A stretch of DNA of 64,000 bases from Octopus sinensis. Its lineage: Eukaryota. Shown here in pieces: positions 41,450 through 53,015 of this stretch. The stretch's first letter is position 1. Each line of letters starts with the position of its first letter. The position numbers and the translations under genes are program-made. The notes below the pieces were generated by a model, which did no database searches, had not been told where the DNA came from, and saw only the letters and a list, made by a program, of their open reading frames with translations. The DNA lies in NCBI RefSeq assembly GCF_006345805.1, contig NW_021832230.1, positions 124,001 through 188,000 of the forward strand. The letters are read 5' to 3'.

Positions 41450-42960
41450 CTGGATGCACTTTGCAGAAGTAGATATTTTGCAATCAAGCAGTGAGTGCAA
41501 TATGGTTTCATTCTCGACTCGCGACATATTATGGATCACTGGTGACTTTTTCCATAAGTGACCCGATGTGTCGGAGCAGGCTACAAATGGAAGGCCCTTG
41601 TATTTCAGATTTCTAGACTGCCAGCAGGATAAATACTCTGTCAATCCCGAAATTAGCATATTTCTTGCGCTTCTTCTGTTCGGCCCGTTCGGATGGAGCT
41701 TCAGGGGTTTCAAATATGTTTTGGGCAGGAAAAGGGTTCACGTACGTGACATCCCAAACCAGACATTGTTCTTTTTGAAAAGGAAAGGTTGTCATCCCGC
41801 TAGGCCTTCTACGGTTTTCTAAAAAGATCTCGACAGGTTCCAGTTGAGAGTGAAATCCAGAAATACGTAGTGACCGTGGATGATCGAGTTTCGTTTCTAT
41901 GCCGTGAAAAGCGTCCAATTATGTTTAGACATAAGAGGGCATGGTAGCTAAGCTCGTTTGTCAGTACGCCACCTCGGCATTGTTGTATGGTCGATTAAGT
42001 AATGAGGGAGAACAATGTCAATTAATTCTCTGGAAAAAGCACTGCGGAGAAGTATTCTGCGTGGGTTCTGTCAGCTGAGGTAGTCAGACCGATGCTTACA
42101 AGGTAAACTGATAGAATGGATTGTCTTCAGGGCTGTGCATCAAAGCAGTTTCATAATGCTTTCTTCGCATCTCTTCATACATTCAGTGTAAAATTTTCTA
42201 GTACGCTAGTTACTTTATACCGTGGGCAGGATTGAACCTTTCCTAAGGATCTCCGTCGTTTGCAAAGTGCATCAGGGATCATGGGAATTATAACTAACTG
42301 GTTTACCCTGTTCCTTTAGTCAATAAATGTCTTAATGTCTTGACTGTTCTCAGCATATAGGCAAGCTTTGGGATAGATAGGAAATTCATCGGAAAAAGAG
42401 TCAAATGTGGATAGCGACATAGCGTAACTCTTCGAAAAGGTTGGAAAATTTGGAGACCCTATCATTTATGACAGGCTTGGCCCCCATCTCAAATATAGGG
42501 GATCCAAAGAAGATCAAGCTTTCCTTAGTAGCAGTTTGTCGAATTCTGTACGGCATTTTTTCAAGATAAATTCGTCTGTGTTGATGTTTACAATTTCACA
42601 GTTCCTGCAGTTGAATTCGAGCCCGAGAGCTCGAAGACTTAACACGGGTGTTTAAACGTTCTCGGGATAGTTTCGGAAGTTCCTCCAATTGCACCGTCGT
42701 CCAGATACCATAGGTTAAGATCTGTTTGATAGGATCTTACAGTTTTGTTGACTGCAAGGGAGATAAAATGGCCTCAGTGCGTCGCCTTGTTGTGGACTCG
42801 GTTATTTTATGTTACGAATCTGAGTGCAGAATGCTTAGAGTAGGGTAGGCAAACGATTGGCAGGGTACGTGAAATTCCTTTGGCGCAGGGTTCGCGGATA
42901 AAATCTCTTCTCGGGAATTGATTGGGTTCTTCAAGTCAATTTTGCGTTCCAGTCAAAAAA
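41450..42960 (-). mobile_element. Old, degenerate CRE-clade-like retrotransposon
   Basis: Minus-strand QQGDAL, NLWYLDDGA, LRALGLEFN, and RRPSGMTTFPFQKEQCLVWDVTYVN; many stops. Confidence 0.75.
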
Positions 42961-43119
42961 GAAGTGAACTCGGGCAGTTGAAAATTCCTCAAAATTATTA
43001 TTAGAACTTTCACAAGAGCCATAATGTTTATAACCCCGCATGTGCAGCAAAAGATATTATAGAACTAATTAGATTGCTCCGATCTCTAACAGTTGTTGAA
43101 CCTTCATATGAGAATGCGT

Positions 43120-43790
43120 TTATGAGAATGCGTTTATGAGAAAGCGTTTGTCATTAATCCTGCATATAATATAATCAATTTGGTTGTAAGTAAGAACTAG
43201 TTTTCCATCTGAGTTTCTTCGTTCGCCCATCCAAGTGGTTATGTAGCATAAAAAATGCGATGTTGCATAAGAACACTTTGTTTGCTGTGAAGAAATGCCC
43301 AAATATAATCCCAGGTAAATTTCTTTTCGCACGTCCGTGTCTTCCTATTTTCTGAGTTCTTTTTTATTCCGATTTTTACAATTAGATCGCCGGCAATGAA
43401 TATAAGTGAGGACGGCTCACATTCCTTGTACGTTTTTGATAATGCTGAGTAGAATTCATCCAGTTCAGTCGGATTTTTTGCCACTCTTCCACAGTGTGGC
43501 GCATATACATTTATATTTGTTAGTGTGTTTTTAGAGGAACTTTGGTTGTTCAGATTTATCTGTATTAGGCAGATCCTATCATTCACCCGCCAAGTGTCAG
43601 CTGATAATTTTCTGTCAATAACGAATCCGAGACCATAGTGTTTTGAGTCACTGGGTAAACATAATAGTCAATATTTTCCATATTTTCATCGAGGTAATGC
43701 GTAATTTTTGTTTCTTGTATGCATCCAATAAAAACTTTAAATCTTTCTAGGTCGTCACAAAGAATATTTCTTGACTTAGGCATGTATTGG
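43120..43790 (-). mobile_element. AP-endonuclease fragment of a LINE (RTE-like)
   Basis: IGCIQETK, INVYAPH, LIFIAGDL, NQIDYII across three frames; 3x14-bp duplication TATGAGAATGCGTT at 43107-43148. Confidence 0.75.
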
Positions 43791-45079
43791 ACGTAAGAAT
43801 CTTTAGGGCAAGCATATTCTCTGTATCTTCTGCTTTTTACAAATTTTTCTTAACCGTTGTACGGAAAAGAAACAAGGCATGTCACCACCTTACCAAAACA
43901 AAACTATTGAATAAAATCTTCTTAGGATTTTAAAATAAATAATTTAATTTTATTTATATTTTAAATATAATATACATTTTTAATTTGTTAACCTCCACAG
44001 AAATAGTATTAAAAAGGAAGTTAAATATAATTTATTGATGTACGTTTCTGTCTCTTGGAAATTCGTGGAGGTATATCCAAAGAAATCTGCATAGGTATTC
44101 TTTTTTGTTGAAATATATTTTAGCGCACTGTCTTATTGTCGATAATGACTTAAACATCCTTTCGAAAGCTTTATTACACCGAACCAATCAGTCACGAATT
44201 ATCGGACTCAGTATGGAGGAGTCCATCCGTATGATCTGGATGACTCAATCTCATTCCGTAGAGCGAGAGCAATTATATTTGATATCCTGAAAGTAATAAT
44301 ATGTTTGGTCTATAGTTATAGGACACACTCATAATTGGCCACGACCTTAGCCAATTTTTCGCCTGCCTAGAATTTAACATTCATTATTTCGACTGTTTCG
44401 ACACATATTTGTGTCCAGAACTTCTTGAAATGATGAAAAATTCTGGCAGCGAAAAGAAATCATTAAAGGAAATGGCCAGAATCATTCTGGACTTTGAATT
44501 CGAAAACTATGACTCGTGGTCACGAATTAGAGCTGCGCGTGATCTTTACTTACTTGTCGATTCTATAAAAAACAATAGACTAGACTGGTAAATTAAAAAA
44601 TTGTTGGATTTTATTTTATTTTAAAATTGAAATTAGAAATAATGAAACGATGTTGGTTTTTATTTTAATTATTTAAAAAAGACAATTAGGTGAAGAAATT
44701 CGAGCTTTTTTTAGCAGTAATTTTGTAATCGAAAAGTGTTTTGGTAGTTAGGAAGGAAGAACGTGGAACAGGCATTTTTGGAAATACGATATTTCCTAAT
44801 TATATTAATTTCCTTTTTTGTAAATTAAAATTTTTAAAACCTCAACTCATTTTAAAGTAATCTATGTATTTAATTTTCAAAAAATTGAAGATTTAGAAAA
44901 ATTCAAATAATGAAGTGGACGTTGCAAAATAAAATAAAGTAGACACTATCACTGAAAATATTCTTACTTTTAATGGACGATTTGACTAAAATATTGAACA
45001 CAAAATGCCTGAAACTCGTCGGTTTATCAACGATAGATTCAGGAAAATGTCTCAAATTTGTTTCTCGCTAAATATAGTA

Positions 45080-47870
45080 TGTCACTCTCCGATAAAGAAA
45101 CACGCCGTTAATGAAACTCCAACATCAAATTGACAAAAAATCATATCGAAAAAAAGATAAATTAATACAAATCGTCATTGGAAATGATTAATTAGTTATT
45201 AATTTTGATAAAATCCGATTTTTAAGATTTAAATAAAGAAGCGTGAAAGTATGCGGATGGTGAGACTAACTAAAGAAATTCTCAGTATTATACAAAATAT
45301 CAAAGAAGAAAATTCAGAAATTGGATTTCCAGATAGCATGAGCCGCCTCCACAGGTTCAGAATCAGAAAACTATCTGAATCTTTTACATTCGAAAATGGA
45401 GTTGTTTTCTACAATAGAACTGGTCTAAAATTGCGTTTTTTTTGCGAGGATGAAATGGAGCTGAAGCTTAAATTTATTGAAGTAGAATTTATCCCAATAT
45501 AATTTAGGCGGAACATAATCTTAATCACTTTGGACGGGACCGCTTATTTTCAAAGCTGAGAAGATTGATTTATGGAGTCACAAGGGAAGAGATACAGCGT
45601 GTAATTTCTCGTTGTACACCATGCAAGGCCGTTTCCGTTTACTTAATTGAGAGAGGCTGTTTGTAGTTTTAGAGTACATGATTACTTACCCGTTGCAGTT
45701 CATTTAAAATATGAGCTTGTACCTATGAAAGATTAATCATTATTAAAATAATAAAGGCGTAAATAAAGACCTGTCGAAAGCCGATGGTGGCGTGAGGCCC
45801 ATTGCGGTCGGTAACGTTTTCAGGAGACTCTCGGCCAAGATAATGTCCCGCAGGGTGGTTCCCCCCCTGAGTCTGGAGTTTCTCCCTTTCCAGTACGGTG
45901 TCGGCGTCCAAGGTGCCTGCGAAATTCTCGCGCACGGCACTCGCCAACTTGTCCAGTCAAAGCCAGAAGACTGCAAGTTCATCGTGAAGCTGGACGTCAG
46001 CAACGCATTCAACTGCGTCCGCCGGGACCATCTGCTCGAAGTGGTCTCGGCACGTTGCCCCGTTCTCTTCCCAATTGTAAAGCTGGCATACTCTGCCCCA
46101 AGCTGCCTTCTGATCCATGATCAGATCATCATGTCAGAATGCGGCATTCAGCAGGGTGACCCACTGGGCCCATTGCTGTTTGCCCTCTCTGTTGACCACA
46201 TTGCACGGAACCTTTCTTCCACTGTTAACTTCTGGTACCTGGACGACGTGACGATTGGTGGACCTACAGAGGTCGTTATGGAAGACGTTAAGAGAATCAC
46301 TTCGGTTTCTCCAAGATCGGACTATCTCTTAACGGCGAAAAATGCGAACTCGTAAACATTTCTCTTGCCCCCGCCGCTCTCCGCAACACATTCTCTCTCT
46401 CAGCAGCCTGATCGTTGGGTTAAGGCTAACGCCCACCGGCGATCTAGTTATCTTGGGCTCTCCAATTTCCGCTGATGGCATAGAAAATGCCTTATCGTCT
46501 AAATGGGACGAAATTAAACTACTCACTGATCGGATCCGTGGGCTTGGCTCGCATCTTGCGTTTTTCTTGTTGAAGAACTTTCTTTTCGTCCCCAGACTGA
46601 CCTATATTCTCCGTTCCTCCCGTGTTTCGCTGCCACAGACTCATTATCCAGAATCGATAATCTTGTCCACCAATCGCTAACATTCCACCTCAATTTGAGG
46701 TTCACTGGTGACGGTTTTACCCGTGCCAGTTTACCAACTCGCGCGGGGGGATCGGGATCCGCTCTTGTGCGGACCTGGCCCTACCCTGCTATCTCTCATC
46801 CATGTCGGCTTCCAGGAATTCCGTTTGCTCAGTTCTACTTCCCTCTCTCGAACTTAATGAGCTCTCGGAATTCTCATCTGCATGCCGTACGTGGTGCTCA
46901 CTCGACCTTGATTTTCCCACGATCCCTTCAGTTCAAAGGGGCTGGGACGAAATTCTCTGCTTGAACACATTACGAAAACTTCGCTCCAAGTCGGACCAAC
47001 TCCAGCTGGCCACCCTTAACTGCGCCTGTCAGCCGCACACGGGTGACTGGCTCAAAGCTCTCCCCACCTAGTACGGGGTTACTACTGGACGACGAATCCT
47101 TGCGGATTGGGATCAGCTTACGATTGGGTTTGGACATCTGCCAGCCCCACCCTTGCCGGTGCGGGTCCTCAATTTCGTCAAACGGCTTGCACGCCTTGTC
47201 GTGTAAGAAGAGTGCCGGGAGAATTCCCCGTCACACTCATCTGAATGACGTTGTGAGGAGGGCTCTAGAGTCGGCTGGTTTCCCTTCCACCCTAGAGCCA
47301 GTCGGCCTTTCCCGGAGCGACGGCAAGCGTCCCGACGGGATGACGACCTTTCCTTTTAGGGAAGGCAAGTCCCTGGTTTGGGATGCCACGTGTGTCGACT
47401 CTTTTTTGACGACAATGCTTCCCAGGACTGTCGCAAACCCGGGTTCCGCCAGTGCGCTGGCTGAAGAGACAAAGATGACGAAATACCGGTGTATTTCGGA
47501 CGCTTTTGAGTTTGCCCCCCTCGCCTTCGAAACCTCTGGAATCGTCGGAAAGGCTGCGACTCAACTCCTCACCGCCATTGGTAGAAAAATCTCCACAAAA
47601 ACAAACGACCGGAGGGAGACGAGCTGGCTGTTCCAGCGAATCTCGGTCGCTGTGCTCCGCGGAAACTGCCACTCAATACGCAGCGCGGCATCGTTGAGCT
47701 GACCCTCAGGCTCTCGACAATCCCCTTAGCCACCCAATTGCTTACTTTTTTCTTTCTTTTTCTTTCACCACCATGCAAGGTAAATTTGATTTTTCACAAT
47801 TAACAAATTGTTAGTCTAAAAAATTGTTATGCTCAAAGCCAGTCTAAAAAATTGTTACCCTTTTTCAATC
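45080..47870 (+). mobile_element. Ginger-like element (left TIR plus integrase zinc-finger region), split by a CRE insertion
   Basis: TGTCACTCTCCGATAAAG terminus; ORF 45251 spliced over a 26-nt intron (45482-45507) to AEHNLNHFGRDRLFSKLRRLIYGVTREEIQRVISRCTPCK (HHCC); traces continue after 47780. Confidence 0.72.
45629..47768 (+). mobile_element. CRE-clade-like non-LTR retrotransposon, RT-to-RLE part
   Basis: DGGVRPIAVGNVFRRL, KLDVSNAFN, GIQQGDPLGPLLF, WYLDD, CRCG..HALSC, RPDGMTTFPF..WDATCVD, QRISVAVLRGN; 12-bp TSD CACCATGCAAGG (45617-45628, 47769-47780); T/C-rich 3' tail. Confidence 0.9.
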
Positions 47871-47919
47871 ATCAAAAATAACTACGAATAAGACCCTCTT
47901 TCAAATTCAATTTTTATAA

Positions 47920-48160
47920 GATTTGCGCCAATAAAGAATCACCTAGCATGATTTCTCTCACCATTCTCACTTCACAATCTCTTTTTGGCTGACTATCAGC
48001 TTGATCTTCCATTTCGTGACAAGTCTTTTTAAAAAATCCACAATCCAACAAGGGAGGCCGGAGTTATAAAGGATTTCGTATAGAAGCTCATGGTCGACAG
48101 AGTCAAAGATCTTTTTACATTAACCCACGCAGACGGGTCAACTCCACTAGTTTCGCTTTT
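47920..48160 (-). mobile_element. RT fragment of an R4/NeSL-like non-LTR element
   Basis: Minus strand WVNVKKIFDSVDHELLYEILYNSGLP..LVTKWKIKL then REIMLGDSL (degenerate RGIxQGDSL). Confidence 0.6.
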
Positions 48161-48311
48161 TATTAATTTTAAAATTTTTAGTTCTCTTAACTTGCTTATC
48201 CAACTATTGCTGGCTTAAACTCTTGAATCCCATGAATGTTGGGAATGATTTTTCAGAAATCAAAACTTTATTTAATAAAAATAAGAGAAGAAATTTATTA
48301 GATGCAGAGAA

Positions 48312-49867
48312 TTAAAGATGATTTGAAATGGGTTCATCGTATGAGGAGATAATATCACAAATAGTATAAACAAGCGAATCAAGTTCTTTGAATTCCATTG
48401 CACATGAAACAGTTATTTTTATGCTGGAAAATAAAGCGAAGTACCAAAACCTTGGCGGAGAAAGCACCATTTGAGGATAATACGGACGACTTTGGTATGC
48501 CATTACCAAAGCAATGCCTTGAAAGATGGCTTGGTTGACAATATGCTCCAACAAATCTACATTTTCATGTCTCAACAGAAGAATCGGAACGTTCTTATCT
48601 CCAGCAACTTCGAATTTTGGGAGTCTAAAATTCAAAAAAACAAAAAGAACAATTTTTCGAACAAACTCCTCAAATATGCTGTATTTTCAGATAATTTGAC
48701 AAACCTCCATTCCTGAGATAGGAGAGGAAGTTTTGCAATCACATCTGCAACAGTAATCGGAGGAGATGAGGCAGAAAACAAATAGCCGGACCCGGCAAGT
48801 CTTTGATGATTAATAATTGATGAGCTGCCAATACAAAGACCACCAAGGGAAGAAAAAGAATTTTCAAGAGAGAGAATAATCATATCAATTTGGGAAATCT
48901 GTCAAAGTCATAATATAATGATCTACATCACATTCAAAAAGTTGAGTAAGTCCTCTCTGATTTATTACACCAATAGAATAGCTCTCATCCAATATGATCC
49001 TTGCTTTGTATCTGTATTTCAATCTGATAAGTGTGGGGAGATCAGGAATGTCCATATGTTTTTGATTAACGCCCTCTGCCACTATGAACTTGCCCGGAGA
49101 AAGGCTTGCGGCTAGCAACTGTTCCAAATGGCCCCAATCGTGGTGTCTGTAGAAATGAATGCGACCTCGAGATGTTTTGGCACCAAACGCGATCCATTGA
49201 GAACACGATTCGTCCAAAAACACATCATCATCACTGTGTATGCACGAGGGAAGCACACTTATAATAACAGAACAAGAGTATGAATAAAGAATAGCTGCCT
49301 CTGCTCCCATAAATAAAGCAAATTCTTCTTCCAATTGTAAATGGCATTCTATAATGTATTGCGTAGGTATTTTACCTAATGTTCCATAAAATGCTCGAGG
49401 TCCACAACTCCCTACGCCGCATTCTGATAGAATTGATATAGCCTGTTCCTGCGAATTAATAGGAAAATCAATATACTTCTGATTCAGGATTCCCAGCAAG
49501 ATCAATAAAATTATAGGAAGAAAAATTAATACATTTAATCCCATCAACTGTTATATGCTTACCAGGTTTACTAGAACATAAGCTACATTTCGTACCTTGA
49601 GATTATGCGTCTCTTGCGAACAGGTTGCTCAGTAAATAAAGGAGTGGGAGTCCATTCTTCGATTAGTTCCTCTTCTTCCTTTAATTTTTTTGTTAAATAA
49701 AATACTTTTTTGGTTAGAGCACTTTTTATTTTGTAGCTTTTTTGAAAAAATAGAGATATGCAACCGATGATCAAAACTACCTCGAACAGAAGGCGATATA
49801 ATGGAGCATTCAATGCTGCGGCTATATATTCGTGATATTTCCATATGAAAAACGGTTCACCATACAT
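48312..49867 (-). CDS. SPTLC1: Serine palmitoyltransferase subunit 1 (LCB1); 8 exons, 455 aa
   Basis: EEEELIEEWTPTPL, CINFSSYNF, GVGSCGPRAFYGT, AEAAILYSY, RIILDESYSIGV, SLENSFSSLGGLC, HQRLAGSGYLFSASSPP; seven introns of 25-28 nt leave a 1368-nt frame. Confidence 0.9.
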
Positions 49868-50229
49868 ATAAAATTTTAAAATAGTTAGTGATAAGTCTTT
49901 ATTAATTTAAATATTTTTTTTAGAAATTCTAAGAAATTTTTTAAAAATTATTTAAAAATTTAATGTTTTTAGCTATCACTTCCAATTATAAAAAAAGAAC
50001 AAAATTGCTTTCGTTTATAACTCGACTCTTCTTTGGATATCAAAATTTTGTCATCGTAATTCATAATTGTAACGAATTCTAGTTAGCATAATAAAACAAA
50101 AAAGCACAATATTTCTTTCTTCAAAGCCGAATTTTAATAAATATCCTCTTTTCCGTGAATTTCAGAAGCAATTGGATATCACTTGTAAATTTTACCACTT
50201 TTTTAAGGTCTATACATCTTTTTTAATCC

Positions 50230-50460
50230 GGAGAAAGAGTTTGCATTGGCATTTCAAGCTTGTTAAAAAGTTCAAATCATTATATTAAAATGTAAATCTT
50301 CCACCCAATTTGTTTAAAAATACACCAGACGTTCTCAATAATGTTTAAATCCGGTGACTGACTTCGCCACTTTTTAAGTAATTTAACTTTCTTCTGATCA
50401 AGGTGGATGGTATTGAATGGTGGATCTCGATTTTTGGCACTGCGCCCCATATTTTTGAAA
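50230..50460 (-). mobile_element. Tc1 transposase C-terminal fragment
   Basis: Minus-strand KWRSQSPDLNIIENVW matches the WPSQSPDLNPIENVW motif. Confidence 0.7.
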
Positions 50461-51112
50461 CATCATATTTTGAAAATCTCTATTTTCTAATTCTACTTAG
50501 AAAATTCTTTGTTATTCACTGGAATTGAATTGCAGTAAAAAAGTAATTAAACAATTATGTCACAAAACTAATCTCACAAAATATATTAATTATCACATCA
50601 AACATCCTTCAACTAGTTGAATATAGTATTGCACAATTCAGAGTCCACCGGAAATGACCCAAGTTGTCTCGAGGTTTGAATAGGCAAACTCTGTCAACTT
50701 TTAATTTGGAATCAAAATCTTCATTTCCTAAAATATAAAAAGTCTGTCTGTTATATGTCAACCAATCATATGAATATCAACCAGCAATTTCCCGAATTAG
50801 CAATCTTCAAAAAATTTAGTCGAAAAATTCAACTAATATTTAGATGGTTTCAAGAACAAGCAAGCTTTTGCTCAATATAATTTCACAATGAATGATTATA
50901 ATTAAAATTGTCAATTATTTTTTAATTAAAAACTTGTTTTGGTCAAAATAAATAAAAATTAAATATTTTTACATGCAAGGAAACAGAATAGAATGGATAT
51001 AGTTAATAAATGCGAAATCAACGAGTTTTTTATCTCAAAATTATTAAATTTAGTTAAATTAAACTTTTTAATCAAACAACAAAGTAAATAACTACAAGTT
51101 AATTAATAAAAG

Positions 51113-51390
51113 CTTCATGGTTATTTTATCACTAGTAGCAGAATGGAAGTAGAAATGAGACTTCTTTTTGCCAAAGAATAGGTTCCGAGAGCATTTGTGA
51201 TAAGACCTTCTTCAAATGGGAAGTTGAGTCTCTCCATGTTAAGACGTAACATAGCCGTCAAACATTTTAAAAGTTGTACTGTTTACAACAAAAGAGTCGA
51301 GAATTATTACATAAGAAAATAAGATATTTTCTTTGATAGAACGTTTTGTCAGTAATAAAAGTTGTTACTCGAAAAGATAAAGGATCGCGA
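51113..51390 (+). pseudogene. Decayed SH2-domain coding segment
   Basis: Frame from 51113: LHGYFITSSRMEVEMRLLFAKE*VPRAFVIRPSSNGKLSLSMLRRNIAVKHFKSCTVYNKRVENYYI, then +1 shift to ENKIFSLIERF. Shows the FLVR-type FVIR arginine, SLS, VKHF and YYI elements; TAG at 51179-51181. Confidence 0.65.
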
Positions 51391-52099
51391 GTTTATAGAA
51401 AAGGCTAAATTCTTCATGAACTGAATCATAAAAAAACCTTATAAAAATACTTTGCCTTAGTTTGGACAAAAATAAAACAAAATTGGTGATGGAGTTTATG
51501 AATCAACAAAAGATAAAGAAAAACCATCAAAGTCAACATTTTAGCACATATGTTTCTACAAGTCGATTTCTTTAGCCTAAATAATGTTTTTGTTATGTCG
51601 CAAGTGAAATGTATTACATTTATCGGGAGAATTTGGTCCATGGAGATCTAAGAGCAGATAGCGTTCTTATCAACAATGAATTAATATGTAAATTTCAATT
51701 TTGGATTAGACATAAAATCAAATTTCAACGTCCCTGAAGGAAAGATTCTATTTGATAAAATTTTCCAGATTCAAATCAGTTTTAAAATTTTGTCAATCAT
51801 ATTGATATATGTAAGTTGATTTCAACAATCTAAGTTTTTTTATTGCTCTTTTATGTTTGACAACCAGCAGAACTCAACAACTGAAAAGACTTTAGCAACC
51901 GACGAAGGACTGAATAGCACCACGTAAATTAATTAAGTAAAAGAAATTGGCAATTCTAATGAATTTCACTTGAGAGTTAGGAATTAACTAGTTAATTAGT
52001 TTCTTTTTATTAATAACTGTAAGAACAAACCAGTCAGAAAAATGTTTTTGTTTTAAAGCAATCTAACAAAGTTTAATTAATTAACTTGCACCGTCATAT

Positions 52100-52380
52100 C
52101 TTTGCCCCGATCGCAGTGGAGACGTCGGGGCGTCGTCGGTCCCAGAACTGAAAAATTCCTTATTAAACTGGGGGACCTGGCAAGCAGAAGGAGAAATGAT
52201 CATCGGGAACGGACATGGCTTTTCCAACAAATATCAATAGCCATTTTGCGTGGGAATTGCCATTCCATCTTATCCTCTGCTGCTAATTAAATTGTTGAAA
52301 TAGTATTAACTAGTTAATTAGTGCTAATCAATTGGAATAAAAACTCTTTTTATTAATTAACAAACTTAAAAAACTAAAAT
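52100..52380 (+). mobile_element. Short 3' remnant of a CRE-clade-like element
   Basis: GVVGPRTEKFLIKLG..RERTWLFQQISIAILRGNCHSIL* followed by an AT-rich 3' UTR with TTAACTAGTTAA. Confidence 0.75.
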
Positions 52381-52769
52381 CAATAAAAATATATATAATC
52401 GATAATCAATAAATTCGGGTTAGATCTGAGGAAAAAATCGATGTTTAGGAAATCGATAATCAATCGATAATTACTTATTTAACCTAATATTTGCTATTGT
52501 CTGTAATGTAACAATTAATATATATAAATTTTATTTAAAGAATAAGGAATTTTAATAATAGAAGTCAAATTTGGACAGATCTTCATAATATTGGGGAAAT
52601 AGGGGTTCATATTCTTCATAACTCCATCCCAGAAAATTATTATAATTTTTAGGCTGTGGAGTTTCATATTCTTGAAAATAGAGGTCGTCATAAAATTTAT
52701 TGAGAGTAGGCTCACATTCATTTGAGAAGCACTCGTAAAATTGACAAGGGGGATATTTTCCCCAAACTT

Positions 52770-53015
52770 CTTCATAAAAAGTATAGGTATTTTTTTCCCC
52801 TTTTTCTCTTTTAGGATTCTTGGGTTGTTGTAATACAACCTTAAGACGCGGTTGAACTTGTCAACCGTCATCTTAGTTGTTTTTCAACTCCCCCACATTC
52901 GTGCAAGTTCTGCTGGATTGGTGATTTGAAATGAATTCGACATTCCAATCCATGAGAGATATGGACACTTCTTATTCAAATTTTCAATTAGAAATTCATA
53001 TAAACACGTTCTCAT
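52770..53015 (-). pseudogene. ETS-domain transcription factor pseudogene (intronless)
   Basis: MRTCLYEFLIENLNKKCPYLSWIGMSNSFQITNPAELARMWGS*KTTKMTVDKFNRVLRLYY..KKGKK(fs)YLYF aligns by eye to the ETS consensus LWxFL..ISW..F.+.DP.EVAR.WG.RK.KP.MNYEKLSR.LRYYY; TGA at 52884-52886. Confidence 0.8.

Noticed and set aside
44100-44600. Possible Mutator-like fragment (GHTHNW) and short ORFs
   Set aside because: Too degenerate; no termini or catalytic motifs.
45617-47800. CRE insertion into a spliced-leader RNA or snRNA gene
   Set aside because: The TSD lies in Ginger integrase codons (TPCK); no SL or Sm-site structure is evident.
52884-52886. TGA in the ETS domain as selenocysteine or recoding
   Set aside because: A frameshift follows, no SECIS is recognisable, and intact genes here use no in-frame TGA.
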